From assembly GCA_903844855.1 (NCBI GenBank), contig CAIMVH010000044.1, positions 575 to 64,574 of the forward strand: 64,000 nt of DNA, read 5' to 3'. Positions 47,965-56,607 of the stretch are shown here, piece by piece. Position 1 is the stretch's first letter, and every line of letters begins with the position of its first letter. The notes under the pieces were generated by a model that ran no database searches, was not told the origin of the DNA, and saw only the letters and a program-made list of their open reading frames with translations. Origin of the DNA: an uncultured Actinomycetes bacterium. GTDB lineage: Bacteria; Actinomycetota; Actinomycetes; Nanopelagicales; Nanopelagicaceae. The position numbers and the translations under genes are program-made.

Positions 47965-49008
47965 GTGGCCCAAGTCCGTTCCTATGCCGCATTATCTGCG
48001 GGTGCGCCGTTAGTTCCATTCACCTTCGACCGGCGTGAGCCTGGAACATTCGATGTCGAGATAGCTATTTCACACGCGGGCATCTGCCACTCAGACATCC
48101 ATCAAGCGCGGGAAGAGTGGGGTCCAGCCATATTCCCGATGGTGCCCGGCCATGAGATCGTGGGTCGTGTTACACGTGTGGGCTCTGAAGTTTCTAAATT
48201 CAAGATTGGTGATCTTGCTGGTGTAGGTGTTTTTGTCGACTCCTGTCGCTCCTGTGAGAATTGCGAGGCAGGAATCGAGCAGTACTGCCTCGGGGGCATG
48301 ACAGGTACCTACAACACTTACGAAAAAGACGGCACCACAATCGTCCAAGGCGGATATTCAAGTGGCATCGTCGTTAACGAGCACTACGCGCTCCATATTC
48401 CTGAATCATTGAATATCGAAGGAGTAGCCCCGCTCCTGTGCGCGGGTATCACGCTCTATTCCCCTCTTCGTCATTGGAGCGCCGGCCCTGGAATGCAAGT
48501 GGCGATTATTGGCCTCGGCGGATTAGGCCACATGGGAGTCAAGTTTGCGCATGCAATGGGAGCTGAAGTCACCGTACTCTCACACTCGGCGGGCAAGGAG
48601 AAGGATGCACTAGCCATGGGCGCCGATCACTTCGTCGACACGAGTCACACATCGTTCAACAAAGCATTGAGCAAGAAATTCGATCTCATCCTCAATACGG
48701 TTTCAGCCGATCTCAACATCAACACTTATCTCGGTCTCCTAAAATTGCACGGAACATTGGTCGTCATTGGACTCCCAGGAAAGCCATACTCCGTAGAGGC
48801 GGGATCACTTCTCAATCAACGTCGAAGCTTGGCAGGATCGGCAATTGGCGGGATTGCCGAGACCGAGGAGATGCTCGCCTTCTGTGCCAAACACGGCATC
48901 ACGAGCGAGGTGGAGTTGATCGATGCCGATCAGATCAACGTGGCTTACGATCGTGCGGTCGCCAGTGACGTTCGCTACAGATTCGTGATCGACACGACAA
49001 CCCTGTGA
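47965..49008 (+). CDS. Zinc-dependent NAD(P) alcohol dehydrogenase (cinnamyl-ADH/AdhC-like)
   Basis: GICHSDIH, GHEIVG, the structural Zn cluster C..C..C.......C, and GLGGLGH. The start is set to GTG 47965, which is preceded by GGAGG. Confidence 0.85.
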   Translation: MAQVRSYAALSAGAPLVPFTFDRREPGTFDVEIAISHAGICHSDIHQAREEWGPAIFPMVPGHEIVGRVTRVGSEVSKFKIGDLAGVGVFVDSCRSCENCEAGIEQYCLGGMTGTYNTYEKDGTTIVQGGYSSGIVVNEHYALHIPESLNIEGVAPLLCAGITLYSPLRHWSAGPGMQVAIIGLGGLGHMGVKFAHAMGAEVTVLSHSAGKEKDALAMGADHFVDTSHTSFNKALSKKFDLILNTVSADLNINTYLGLLKLHGTLVVIGLPGKPYSVEAGSLLNQRRSLAGSAIGGIAETEEMLAFCAKHGITSEVELIDADQINVAYDRAVASDVRYRFVIDTTTL

Positions 49009-49629
49009 TCACTTCGGTTCCTTAAGAAGATCCGTGGCTTGCCAGCAATACCAGGCAACGATGCTGCGATAGGGACGAAACGGCTCGCCTATTGGCTCAA
49101 GAGCCTTTGCATCAAGCATGTGTTCGCCCTTGATGAGTGACCACCCGCGGCGTACTCCAAGATCACCACTGGGCCACACGTCTAGCCTGGCCAGCGAGAA
49201 CATCAAGAACATTTCAACAGTCCAGCGGCCAATCCCCCAGACTTGCGTGAGTGCAGCCGTGATTTCATGATCTGGCATCTCTTCAAAATCATCCACGCTA
49301 ATTCCACCCGAGATGATTGCCTCGGCCAACTCGGTGACGGTTCGCGCTTTAGCCCCGGAGAGACCAGCTCCTCTCAATTCATCAAGGGGGACCGAGAGCA
49401 GTCTGCCAGGCGAGAAGTCGTCTTCGATAAGAAGTCTTAGTTTCTGAGTGATTGAGTCCGCGGCCTTCGTGGATATCTGTTGTGAAACGACCGCCTTCAA
49501 TAGGGTTTCGAAGTGATTTCGATATGGAGGTTCGCCTTTACCTAATTCACATTGAGGAGAGATCTTCATAAATTTGGCGAGATCCCTATCGGCTTTCGGA
49601 AGAGCCTTAAGGGCTTTCGCGAGTGTCAC
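49009..49629 (-). CDS. DNA-3-methyladenine glycosylase II family (HhH-GPD, AlkA-like)
   Basis: HhH-GPD pattern (LSGAKARTV..LA; VWGIGRWTVEMFLMF...DVWPSGDLGV). GTG 49629 overlaps the upstream stop (GTGA). Confidence 0.75.
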   Translation of the reverse strand: MTLAKALKALPKADRDLAKFMKISPQCELGKGEPPYRNHFETLLKAVVSQQISTKAADSITQKLRLLIEDDFSPGRLLSVPLDELRGAGLSGAKARTVTELAEAIISGGISVDDFEEMPDHEITAALTQVWGIGRWTVEMFLMFSLARLDVWPSGDLGVRRGWSLIKGEHMLDAKALEPIGEPFRPYRSIVAWYCWQATDLLKEPK

Positions 49630-50306
49630 GCTCTTCGCCCGACGAAACCAAGAGTGATGGCCACACACCGCCCTATGAGCAAGGCAAAGAGCACAGTGCC
49701 TAAGCCCACGTTCTTACCTAACCCCAAACTTCCATCTCTAGGCATTCCACTAAGCAACCAACCAAGGGAAACTACGGTGAGCTCAACAACTAGCCGCGCC
49801 CTTCCGACAGGCACACCGAATCTCTTATTGATACCCGTCATGAGTCCGTCACGGGGCCCCGCACCTAAACCGCAAGTCAGATAGAGCGCGCTCGCCACGG
49901 CTATCGACAATATCCCGAGAATCACCATACCGATACGCACATATAGATTTGAAGGCTCCGGAATCACTGCGGTACCCACGCCGATGGCAATAGAGATCAC
50001 CACAGCATTACTAACAGTTCCCAACCCGGGTTTCTGGCGCAACGGAATCCAACATAGAACAGCAAAGACGCTCAGGATAAATGTGGTGAAAGCAATCGAT
50101 AGCCCAGTTACATGTGTCACGCCGAGCGCGAAGACCACCCAGGGACCAGCGCCAAGTGTGGCGTTAATGATGAGGGCGTCGCCAGTTCCGTAGAGATAGA
50201 GTCCAATTATGAGAATGAGGTAGGTACGTCGCGAACATCGCCATTGAGACGGTGCGCGCCAAGATGTTTCGGGAACAGAGCGTGCACCGGCGAAGAATTG
50301 TCGCAT
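49626..50306 (-). CDS. Polytopic membrane protein (YczE/YitT-like)
   Basis: About six hydrophobic helices, with an LYLYGTGDALIINATLGAGPW-type N-terminal region. Confidence 0.55.
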   Translation of the reverse strand: MRQFFAGARSVPETSWRAPSQWRCSRRTYLILIIGLYLYGTGDALIINATLGAGPWVVFALGVTHVTGLSIAFTTFILSVFAVLCWIPLRQKPGLGTVSNAVVISIAIGVGTAVIPEPSNLYVRIGMVILGILSIAVASALYLTCGLGAGPRDGLMTGINKRFGVPVGRARLVVELTVVSLGWLLSGMPRDGSLGLGKNVGLGTVLFALLIGRCVAITLGFVGRRA

Positions 50307-50315
50307 TTGAGAAAC

Positions 50316-50981
50316 CTAGCGCCAGTCCACTGGTTGAAGATCCATTTGCCTCAACAATTCATTGCATTTAGAGAAAGTTTTACTTCCGAAGAATCCTCGG
50401 TTGGCCGATAGCGGACTGGGGTGTGCTGTGATAATCACACGTGAAGGATCGAAGAGGTGCTTCAGTGACTCTGCATCTTTACCCCACAGCATTGCAACAA
50501 CGTGCGAATTGCTCTTGATAAGGAATTCAATAGCCGATTCGGTAAACCCTTCCCATCCGAGTTTTCTGTGGGAGCCCACCATACCTGACTCGACAGTGAG
50601 CACTCGATTTAATAATAAAACGCCTTGAGCGCGCCAAGATTTCAAAGACAAATCTAATGTAGTCAATGGTCCCACGTCATTTGATACTTCCTTGATGATA
50701 TTGCGTAGGGAGGCAGGTATCGGTCTGACATCCGTATGGGTTGCGAAGGAGTATCCAATGGCATGACCGGGAGTCGGATACGGATCTTGGCCAAGAATGA
50801 GAACACGAACATCTTTGATAGACATTTCGAACGCGCGAAGGATCAATTCCCTATCTGGAAAACACACTGCGCCATTGCTTATTGCTCCTTCAATATGGTC
50901 GCCAAGCTCATCCAACTTTTCCCGTTGCGAATCTAGAAAAGGTATCCAAGATTCGTGAACTAACGCATCAGGAATGTACAT
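50316..50981 (-). CDS. ung: Uracil-DNA glycosylase, family 1
   Basis: Water-activating loop GQDPYP and the Leu-intercalation loop HPSPLSA. The start was trimmed to ATG 50981 (222 aa). Confidence 0.85.
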   Translation of the reverse strand: MYIPDALVHESWIPFLDSQREKLDELGDHIEGAISNGAVCFPDRELILRAFEMSIKDVRVLILGQDPYPTPGHAIGYSFATHTDVRPIPASLRNIIKEVSNDVGPLTTLDLSLKSWRAQGVLLLNRVLTVESGMVGSHRKLGWEGFTESAIEFLIKSNSHVVAMLWGKDAESLKHLFDPSRVIITAHPSPLSANRGFFGSKTFSKCNELLRQMDLQPVDWR

Positions 50982-51765
50982 GGTTAGTGAATTCGTAGAG
51001 CGCCACCGCTGCTGCCGCCGACACATTGAGTGAGTCAATTCCTGCAGCCATAGGAATTCGCAACTCTTGTGAAGCAATTCCATGGGCGTCAGTGGACAAC
51101 CCGTCGCCTTCCGTACCCAAGATAAGAGCGCTTCGCTCCCCCGGCTTCCAAGAGCGAATACTTCTTGCAGATGGAAGTGGAGTAAGGGCGAGCACGTCGT
51201 ACCTTGATTGCGCAAGCTGTTCTGCTAGATCGACGTGATCTGTGTACCTAGCCCATTTCATATTGAAAACAGTTCCCATCGACGTTCTTATCGCTCGCCG
51301 GTATAGCGGATCGGCACAATGAGTGTCCAAGAGAATGCCATCTACGCCGAACGCAGCGGCACTTCGAATAATTGCCCCCACGTTCGTGTGGTTTACCAAC
51401 CCTTCGAGAATAAGCAAAGTGTGGGAATCACGGATCAGTGCGCTGTGATCGAGTGCTACTGGCCGATGAAAACTCGTCAAAGCTCCTCTATGCACAATGT
51501 ATCCCGTGACACTCCTCAACTCCGATTGAGTTCCGACGATGATCGGAACGTCTTCGGCGAAAGACGGAAGTGAATCTAGCCACTTCTCCTCACAAAGCAC
51601 CGCTCGAGCCTGAGCGCCCGAAGCGAAAGCGCGCTCGATTGTGATGGCGCCCTCAGCAATAAAAAGACCGCCAGAAGGTTCGGATCGCGTTCGTAGCACG
51701 ACGTCAGTGAGCGCCGCAAAATCCTTAAGTAGCTCTGGGGCGGCCTCTCCGAAAGGAATGGTCAT
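50968..51765 (-). CDS. TrmH/SpoU-family RNA 2'-O-methyltransferase
   Basis: SpoU motifs (NVGAIIRSAAAFG; LILGTEGDGLS; IPMAAGIDSLNVSAAAAVALYE). Confidence 0.8.
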   Translation of the reverse strand: MTIPFGEAAPELLKDFAALTDVVLRTRSEPSGGLFIAEGAITIERAFASGAQARAVLCEEKWLDSLPSFAEDVPIIVGTQSELRSVTGYIVHRGALTSFHRPVALDHSALIRDSHTLLILEGLVNHTNVGAIIRSAAAFGVDGILLDTHCADPLYRRAIRTSMGTVFNMKWARYTDHVDLAEQLAQSRYDVLALTPLPSARSIRSWKPGERSALILGTEGDGLSTDAHGIASQELRIPMAAGIDSLNVSAAAAVALYEFTNHVHS

Positions 51766-52517
51766 GACGTGAAGAGCCTATAACTTGCGTATAAACCCGT
51801 GACAGTAATGATTGTGCGATAAATCCACGGCGGAATTCCGCGCCCCACTCGTGACCCAACGAAAGCGCCAGCATAGGAGGAGATACCTATCAGTAAAACC
51901 GCGAGCCACGCGATCTTTCCTGAAAGAATAAAAACAAATCCCGCAATGAGATTTGTAGCGCCCGCTAAGTAATTCTTCATTGCGTTAGAACGCGCAACAC
52001 TCTCATTGAGGAGTAATGAAAGAAGGCCAATGAGGATAACTCCTTGGGCAGCACCAAAATAGCCACCGTAGATGCCCGTAAGGAGAACGCTGAATTGCGC
52101 GCCCCTACCTATGGCTATTTGGCCGCTCTCTTTCCGTCGACGGGAGACGATGGGTGCCGCGATGTTAAGACCAACGCCGAGCAGCACCAACCACGGCACC
52201 ACAGAACTGAATATTCGATCGGGCAGCAGGAGCAACGCCAATGCCCCGATTAACGCCCCAGCAATGGAGAAAGGCATCAGTGCTCGAATCTGATGCCGGT
52301 CCCCCTCCAGTGCGTGACGTGAACCTCTCATGGCTGCAAAAGCACCCGGAACCAGCCCCACGTTATTTGAGGTATTGGCCACCAAGGGAGAGAGTCCAGC
52401 GGCGAGCAAAGCAGGGAAAGTGATGAGAGTGCCACTTCCTACGATGGAATTAATGAAGCCGGCGGCGAATCCAGCGACGAGGATTAGCAACAAAGTGTCG
52501 GAGCTAAGTGCGAGCAC
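51762..52517 (-). CDS. TauE/SafE family sulfite/anion exporter
   Basis: 251 aa with about eight TM helices and a Gly-rich repeated-halves pattern typical of TauE/SafE. Confidence 0.8.
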   Translation of the reverse strand: MLALSSDTLLLILVAGFAAGFINSIVGSGTLITFPALLAAGLSPLVANTSNNVGLVPGAFAAMRGSRHALEGDRHQIRALMPFSIAGALIGALALLLLPDRIFSSVVPWLVLLGVGLNIAAPIVSRRRKESGQIAIGRGAQFSVLLTGIYGGYFGAAQGVILIGLLSLLLNESVARSNAMKNYLAGATNLIAGFVFILSGKIAWLAVLLIGISSYAGAFVGSRVGRGIPPWIYRTIITVTGLYASYRLFTS

Positions 52518-53280
52518 TCCAGCGCCCTTCTTCGTGAGCCACCTTGATGTTCATACCGAACGCCAGCGACACCGTAACGCTAGTGATCACATCTTCAATG
52601 AGTCCAGCAGACATCACTGCTCCCTCTTTAAGGATGATGGCGTGCGTGGTTCCAATGGGGATCTCCTCGAGATGGTGAGTAACCATCACCGTGGCGGGAG
52701 AGAGTGGATCGAGTGCAATGATGGCCAATTGAAGGAGCATTGATTCACGTGCCCCGATGTCCATACCAGCAGCAGGTTCATCAAGGAGCAAAAGCTCAGG
52801 ATTAGGCATCAAGGCTCGTGCCAATTGCACTCGCTTCTTCTCACCCTCGCTTAAGGTGCCAAAAACTCTCTCTGAGAGATGGTCCACCTCCATCAGATGA
52901 AGTAGAGAGTGCGCTCGCGCAATATCTTCGTCCGCATACTCTTCGCGCCAGCGACCAGTAAAACCCCACGCAGCGGTCAGTGCAATATCGATGACCTTTT
53001 CACCAAATTCGAATTGATCTAAGAGAGCGGCAGAGGTGAGCCCGATGCGAGGACGAAGTTCAAAGACATCAACCGCGCCGAGACGTTCATCCAAAATTTC
53101 AACCGTGCCCACGGTAGGAAAGAGTTGCGTGGCTAAAATTCGCAGCAAGGTGGTCTTGCCAGCTCCATTAGGCCCAATAATCACCCAACGTTGCCCTGCA
53201 CCCACCTCAAAATTGACCTCTTTGAGGATCCAAGAATCGCCTTTGCGCACCCCTACTCCAGTCAGGCGCGCGATGGACAT
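52504..53280 (-). CDS. ABC transporter ATP-binding protein (stand-alone, YlmA/ModF-like)
   Basis: Walker A GPNGAGKTT, signature LSEGEKKRV, Walker B LLLLDEP. No cognate permease or binding protein is adjacent. Confidence 0.85.
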   Translation of the reverse strand: MSIARLTGVGVRKGDSWILKEVNFEVGAGQRWVIIGPNGAGKTTLLRILATQLFPTVGTVEILDERLGAVDVFELRPRIGLTSAALLDQFEFGEKVIDIALTAAWGFTGRWREEYADEDIARAHSLLHLMEVDHLSERVFGTLSEGEKKRVQLARALMPNPELLLLDEPAAGMDIGARESMLLQLAIIALDPLSPATVMVTHHLEEIPIGTTHAIILKEGAVMSAGLIEDVITSVTVSLAFGMNIKVAHEEGRWSART

Positions 53281-53313
53281 GCGCTTAACCTACCGGTTTC
53301 ATACCCTTGCTCC

Positions 53314-53943
53314 GTGGAGATCTTGCCTAGGAACGTATTAGTCGCCTCATGGCTCAATTCGATTCGTGAGGGTAGAGCCGGCTTTGACGATCTCTACCAC
53401 GCGCTTGGCACCTCTGACCGTTTTGCAAATCAACCCGCACACGAGGCTTTAGACGGCTCAGCGAATGCCTTTTTCGTCGGCAATCAACAACTGTTGCAGG
53501 TGGGTTCGACATCATGGATTTCGCGTGCCGAAGGTTCCTGGGAGGCGAGCCAGTCTCGAGTTCCAGAGATCCACACGCACTCGCTCAAAGAGGCTGCCCG
53601 CCTACTTTCGACCGCCATTGATGAGGCGCTCGCGCTCATCTCGCCTATCGAGAGTGCCAGCGATAGAGGCGTGCCGATTCGAGCGAATATCCGTCAACAC
53701 ATCTCCGACGCTCTGCGCGATTCCAGAACATTGCTTCCGCCAACAGCGTGGAAGGAGTCAGGTCTCGTAGATCGGAGTATCTCCGTCCTTGTGATCGCAG
53801 CGGTAGCCGCCTTGGATAATGGAGGGGCTGTAACCGCACACGAAATGAACTTACGCAGCTTGGAGATTGGTCGACTTCGTGCTGCAGCGCGCGAAGCCCT
53901 CATTCTTGGTACTGAAGCCTGGAGCGCTCGTCCTATCCACTAA
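53314..53943 (+). CDS. Hypothetical protein (about 209 aa, start uncertain)
   Basis: An open frame ends 10 nt upstream of serB. I recognised no motif. The 5' end of the listed ORF (53191) would overlap the divergent ABC gene, so GTG 53314 is proposed. Confidence 0.4.
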   Translation: MEILPRNVLVASWLNSIREGRAGFDDLYHALGTSDRFANQPAHEALDGSANAFFVGNQQLLQVGSTSWISRAEGSWEASQSRVPEIHTHSLKEAARLLSTAIDEALALISPIESASDRGVPIRANIRQHISDALRDSRTLLPPTAWKESGLVDRSISVLVIAAVAALDNGGAVTAHEMNLRSLEIGRLRAAAREALILGTEAWSARPIH

Positions 53944-53952
53944 GATTATTGA

Positions 53953-55125
53953 GTGCGCACCGTCCTCTACTCCTTCAGCGGTGGCGACCGGAGTGGTCTC
54001 ACATCGAGGATCTTTAACGCTCTCGCAGAATTCGACGTCACCGTTCTAGATGTGGGTCAAGTTGTCCTTCGCGGTCGCTTGACAGTCGGAGTGCTCATCT
54101 CCGCCCCACTCGAAGACTTGGAGATATCGCTGCGCCAGCGACTAACAGGACTGGCTGGCGAACTTGGCCTTGAGCTCTTCATACAACCAGGTGAAGGCGA
54201 TTCCACCCAACCTGAAGTGGGCGTACATCTCACGCTCATGGGTATGCCACTTCGCCCCCAGGCCGTAGCCAGTATCACCCAGGTGATATCTGATCTTTCT
54301 GGGAACATTGAACGTATCGCTCGTGTATCGGATTATCCCGTGGTGGCGATTGAGTTCTTTGTGAGTGGCGTGGAGATTGACGTGATCAAGACGTTGCTCG
54401 CCCCTATCGCAAAAGAGAACGGTGTCGATATCGCCGTGCAACCAGGGGGGCAAGCGAGGCACTCGAAGCGCCTCGTCATGCTAGATGTTGATTCGACTCT
54501 TATTCAAAATGAAGTCATTGAACTACTAGCTGATCGAGCAGGTTCGGGAGAAGTGGTGAAGTCGATCACCGCTCGGGCGATGAACGGCGAAATGGATTTT
54601 GCAGGCGCCTTGCGTGAACGCGTGGCTACCCTGGAGGGTCTCACTCAGAAAGATATTGAAGAGGTACAACGAATCATCGCCCTCACGCCGGGAGCTCGCA
54701 CACTGGTCGACACGCTTCACCACTTGGGAATCCACGTAGGTTTGGTCTCTGGCGGATTTATTGAAATCATAGCGCCATTAGCCCAATCACTCGGAATCAA
54801 ATATGTGCGCGCAAATTCTTTGGAAATGATCGAAGGAGTACTCACCGGAAGAGTAACTGGACCAATCATTGATCGAGCCGCGAAAGCAGAGGCATTGCGC
54901 GAATACGCGGCGTCGATGTCGATACCGCTTGCTCAGACCGTAGCAATTGGTGATGGCGCAAATGACCTCGACATGATTGCCGCCGCTGGTCTCGGAATAG
55001 CTTTCAATGCGAAACCGTTGGTAGCACATGCTGCTGACGCGGCAATCTCAGCACCGTATCTAGACAGCGTGCTCTTTCTCTTAGGTATTACGCGGCGAGA
55101 AATTACTTCTTACCAGGGCGGCTAA
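53953..55125 (+). CDS. serB: Phosphoserine phosphatase SerB with N-terminal tandem ACT domains
   Basis: HAD motifs (VMLDVDSTLIQ; GDGANDLDM) are preceded by two ACT-like repeats, as in mycobacterial SerB2. Confidence 0.85.
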   Translation: MRTVLYSFSGGDRSGLTSRIFNALAEFDVTVLDVGQVVLRGRLTVGVLISAPLEDLEISLRQRLTGLAGELGLELFIQPGEGDSTQPEVGVHLTLMGMPLRPQAVASITQVISDLSGNIERIARVSDYPVVAIEFFVSGVEIDVIKTLLAPIAKENGVDIAVQPGGQARHSKRLVMLDVDSTLIQNEVIELLADRAGSGEVVKSITARAMNGEMDFAGALRERVATLEGLTQKDIEEVQRIIALTPGARTLVDTLHHLGIHVGLVSGGFIEIIAPLAQSLGIKYVRANSLEMIEGVLTGRVTGPIIDRAAKAEALREYAASMSIPLAQTVAIGDGANDLDMIAAAGLGIAFNAKPLVAHAADAAISAPYLDSVLFLLGITRREITSYQGG

Positions 55126-56032
55126 ATGTAAAAGATGTACCTGCTGGCCCTTTGAGAAGGTCGCTGTACTTTTCAAGCAAATCAAGATTCCTATCTGCCA
55201 AATGATCAAATGGTTGGCCCACACTCGAACCAGGAGTGAGTGAGACCATCGCCTTGTTGGGGTCAATCACAGCGCTCACCCAACATTCATGAGAAGAAGC
55301 GCGCGCGATGACTTCGGCTATGGGTGAAACGATCATAGAATTTCCAAAGTAAAATGTGCCTGCTGGATCGATGCCCACGGCATTGGCCCCCACCATAAAG
55401 AGATGATTGTCATAAGCACGCGCTCGATTAGTGAGTTCCCAAATATCTGCCGATCGCAGGAACGCAGAAGGGCGCGCGATGAGTTCGGCTCCTTGAATGC
55501 CTTGGATGCGACTTAACTCAGGAAAATCACCATCGAAACATATAATCATGCCAATTTTGCCAAGTTCAGTATCAACCACGCACACATCGTTGCCAGGAAC
55601 TACCCATCCTCCTTGACTCAACATCTCAGCGCAGAATGGATGAGTCTTTCGATAGATGCCAGCTATCTCACCGGAGGGAAGGATAATCATCGAAGAGTTA
55701 TAGACAATGCCTCTCTCCTCACCGCGCTCGTAAGTGGCGTGCACAATATGCACGCCGAGGCGTTTGGCAACATCTTGAATCGGAGAGGTGAGTCTGCCCG
55801 GGAGTATGTCTACCAAGTCCCACAACTCTTCCGGGCTGCAACCCGGAGAAAAACCAGTGGTGACAGTCTCCGGCAATACAACTAGTGAAGCTCCCGTTTC
55901 AGCCACGCACCGCTCAATAAATGAGATTGTTTTTACGATATTTGCATCGATAGACAATGGAGAGAGATCTCCCGCTACAGGAGCAATTTGAATGGCCGCA
56001 GCAATGAAAGTTTTCATCGGGTGATGAGCCAA
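55103..56032 (-). CDS. Carbon-nitrogen hydrolase (nitrilase superfamily) amidase
   Basis: The E-K-C triad context is VVLPETV, YRKTHPF and MIICFDGDFPE. Confidence 0.8.
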   Translation of the reverse strand: MAHHPMKTFIAAAIQIAPVAGDLSPLSIDANIVKTISFIERCVAETGASLVVLPETVTTGFSPGCSPEELWDLVDILPGRLTSPIQDVAKRLGVHIVHATYERGEERGIVYNSSMIILPSGEIAGIYRKTHPFCAEMLSQGGWVVPGNDVCVVDTELGKIGMIICFDGDFPELSRIQGIQGAELIARPSAFLRSADIWELTNRARAYDNHLFMVGANAVGIDPAGTFYFGNSMIVSPIAEVIARASSHECWVSAVIDPNKAMVSLTPGSSVGQPFDHLADRNLDLLEKYSDLLKGPAGTSFTFSRPGKK

Positions 56033-56607
56033 CCGAGAAGTACTCCTGCAAGGGCGATGACTGCCCCCACGAGGAGCGAAGATGTACTCGAAGCCGGTCG
56101 GATCGCAGATTCCTTACGAACGCTTATGCTTCCAGCTTCGGTCTGTTGTACAACAGCGGCGGCACTCCGGTCACCGCCAAGATAACGATTAACCGCCTCG
56201 AAGAATTCGTTGGCAGTCTTCTTAGAAACCCCGCTGAGCACCCGTTGGCCCACGCCGCCAATAACTCCGCCCACCACAGCATCGGCTTCATAAGTGAGTG
56301 CGCATCCTTCGGCACTCTCCGCAAGAGTGACTTTGACATCTGCTTGGACCGTACCTGGACCACCCGAGCCGCTTGCCTTGAGAGTGAACGCGTGCGGGGC
56401 GTTCTGGTCTGCCAGCTCTACCAGACCGTTATATGTGCCCTTAATGGAAGCGACGCCAGCTGTAATAGTCATGGCGTAACTCGTGGAGCCGGTCTGTTCT
56501 AATGCTTGGCAGCCAGGAATAGTAAGGAGAAGAACAGCTGGATCATTGAGAGCAGCAAAAACGGCCGCTGGAGAATGATCTAACGAGTAGCCTCCAATGA
56601 TTTTCAT
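56014..56607 (-). CDS. CoxG-like SRPBCC protein with a C-terminal transmembrane anchor
   Basis: CoxG/SRPBCC N-terminal domain (MKIIGGYSLDHSPAAVFAALNDP). The C-terminal hydrophobic helix is LLVGAVIALAGVLLGWLI. An ATGA overlap couples it to the large subunit. Confidence 0.7.
   Translation of the reverse strand: MKIIGGYSLDHSPAAVFAALNDPAVLLLTIPGCQALEQTGSTSYAMTITAGVASIKGTYNGLVELADQNAPHAFTLKASGSGGPGTVQADVKVTLAESAEGCALTYEADAVVGGVIGGVGQRVLSGVSKKTANEFFEAVNRYLGGDRSAAAVVQQTEAGSISVRKESAIRPASSTSSLLVGAVIALAGVLLGWLITR

Noticed and set aside
50982-51215. A long N-terminal extension of the ung ORF, and similarly 40492-40659 for the histidine phosphatase ORF.
   Set aside because: Both extensions overlap the 3' part of the upstream gene (trmH, uppP) in another frame. 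Internal ATGs at 50981 and 40491 give proteins of canonical length that begin at conserved N-terminal motifs.
55103-55125. A 23-nt overlap between the convergent 3' ends of serB (+) and the CN-hydrolase (-). Likewise, the FKBP and pafA stops at 27753/27754 abut with no spacer.
   Set aside because: The overlaps are real in the sequence. Convergent overlaps and abutments of this size are common in compact genomes, so they are not evidence of a special mechanism.
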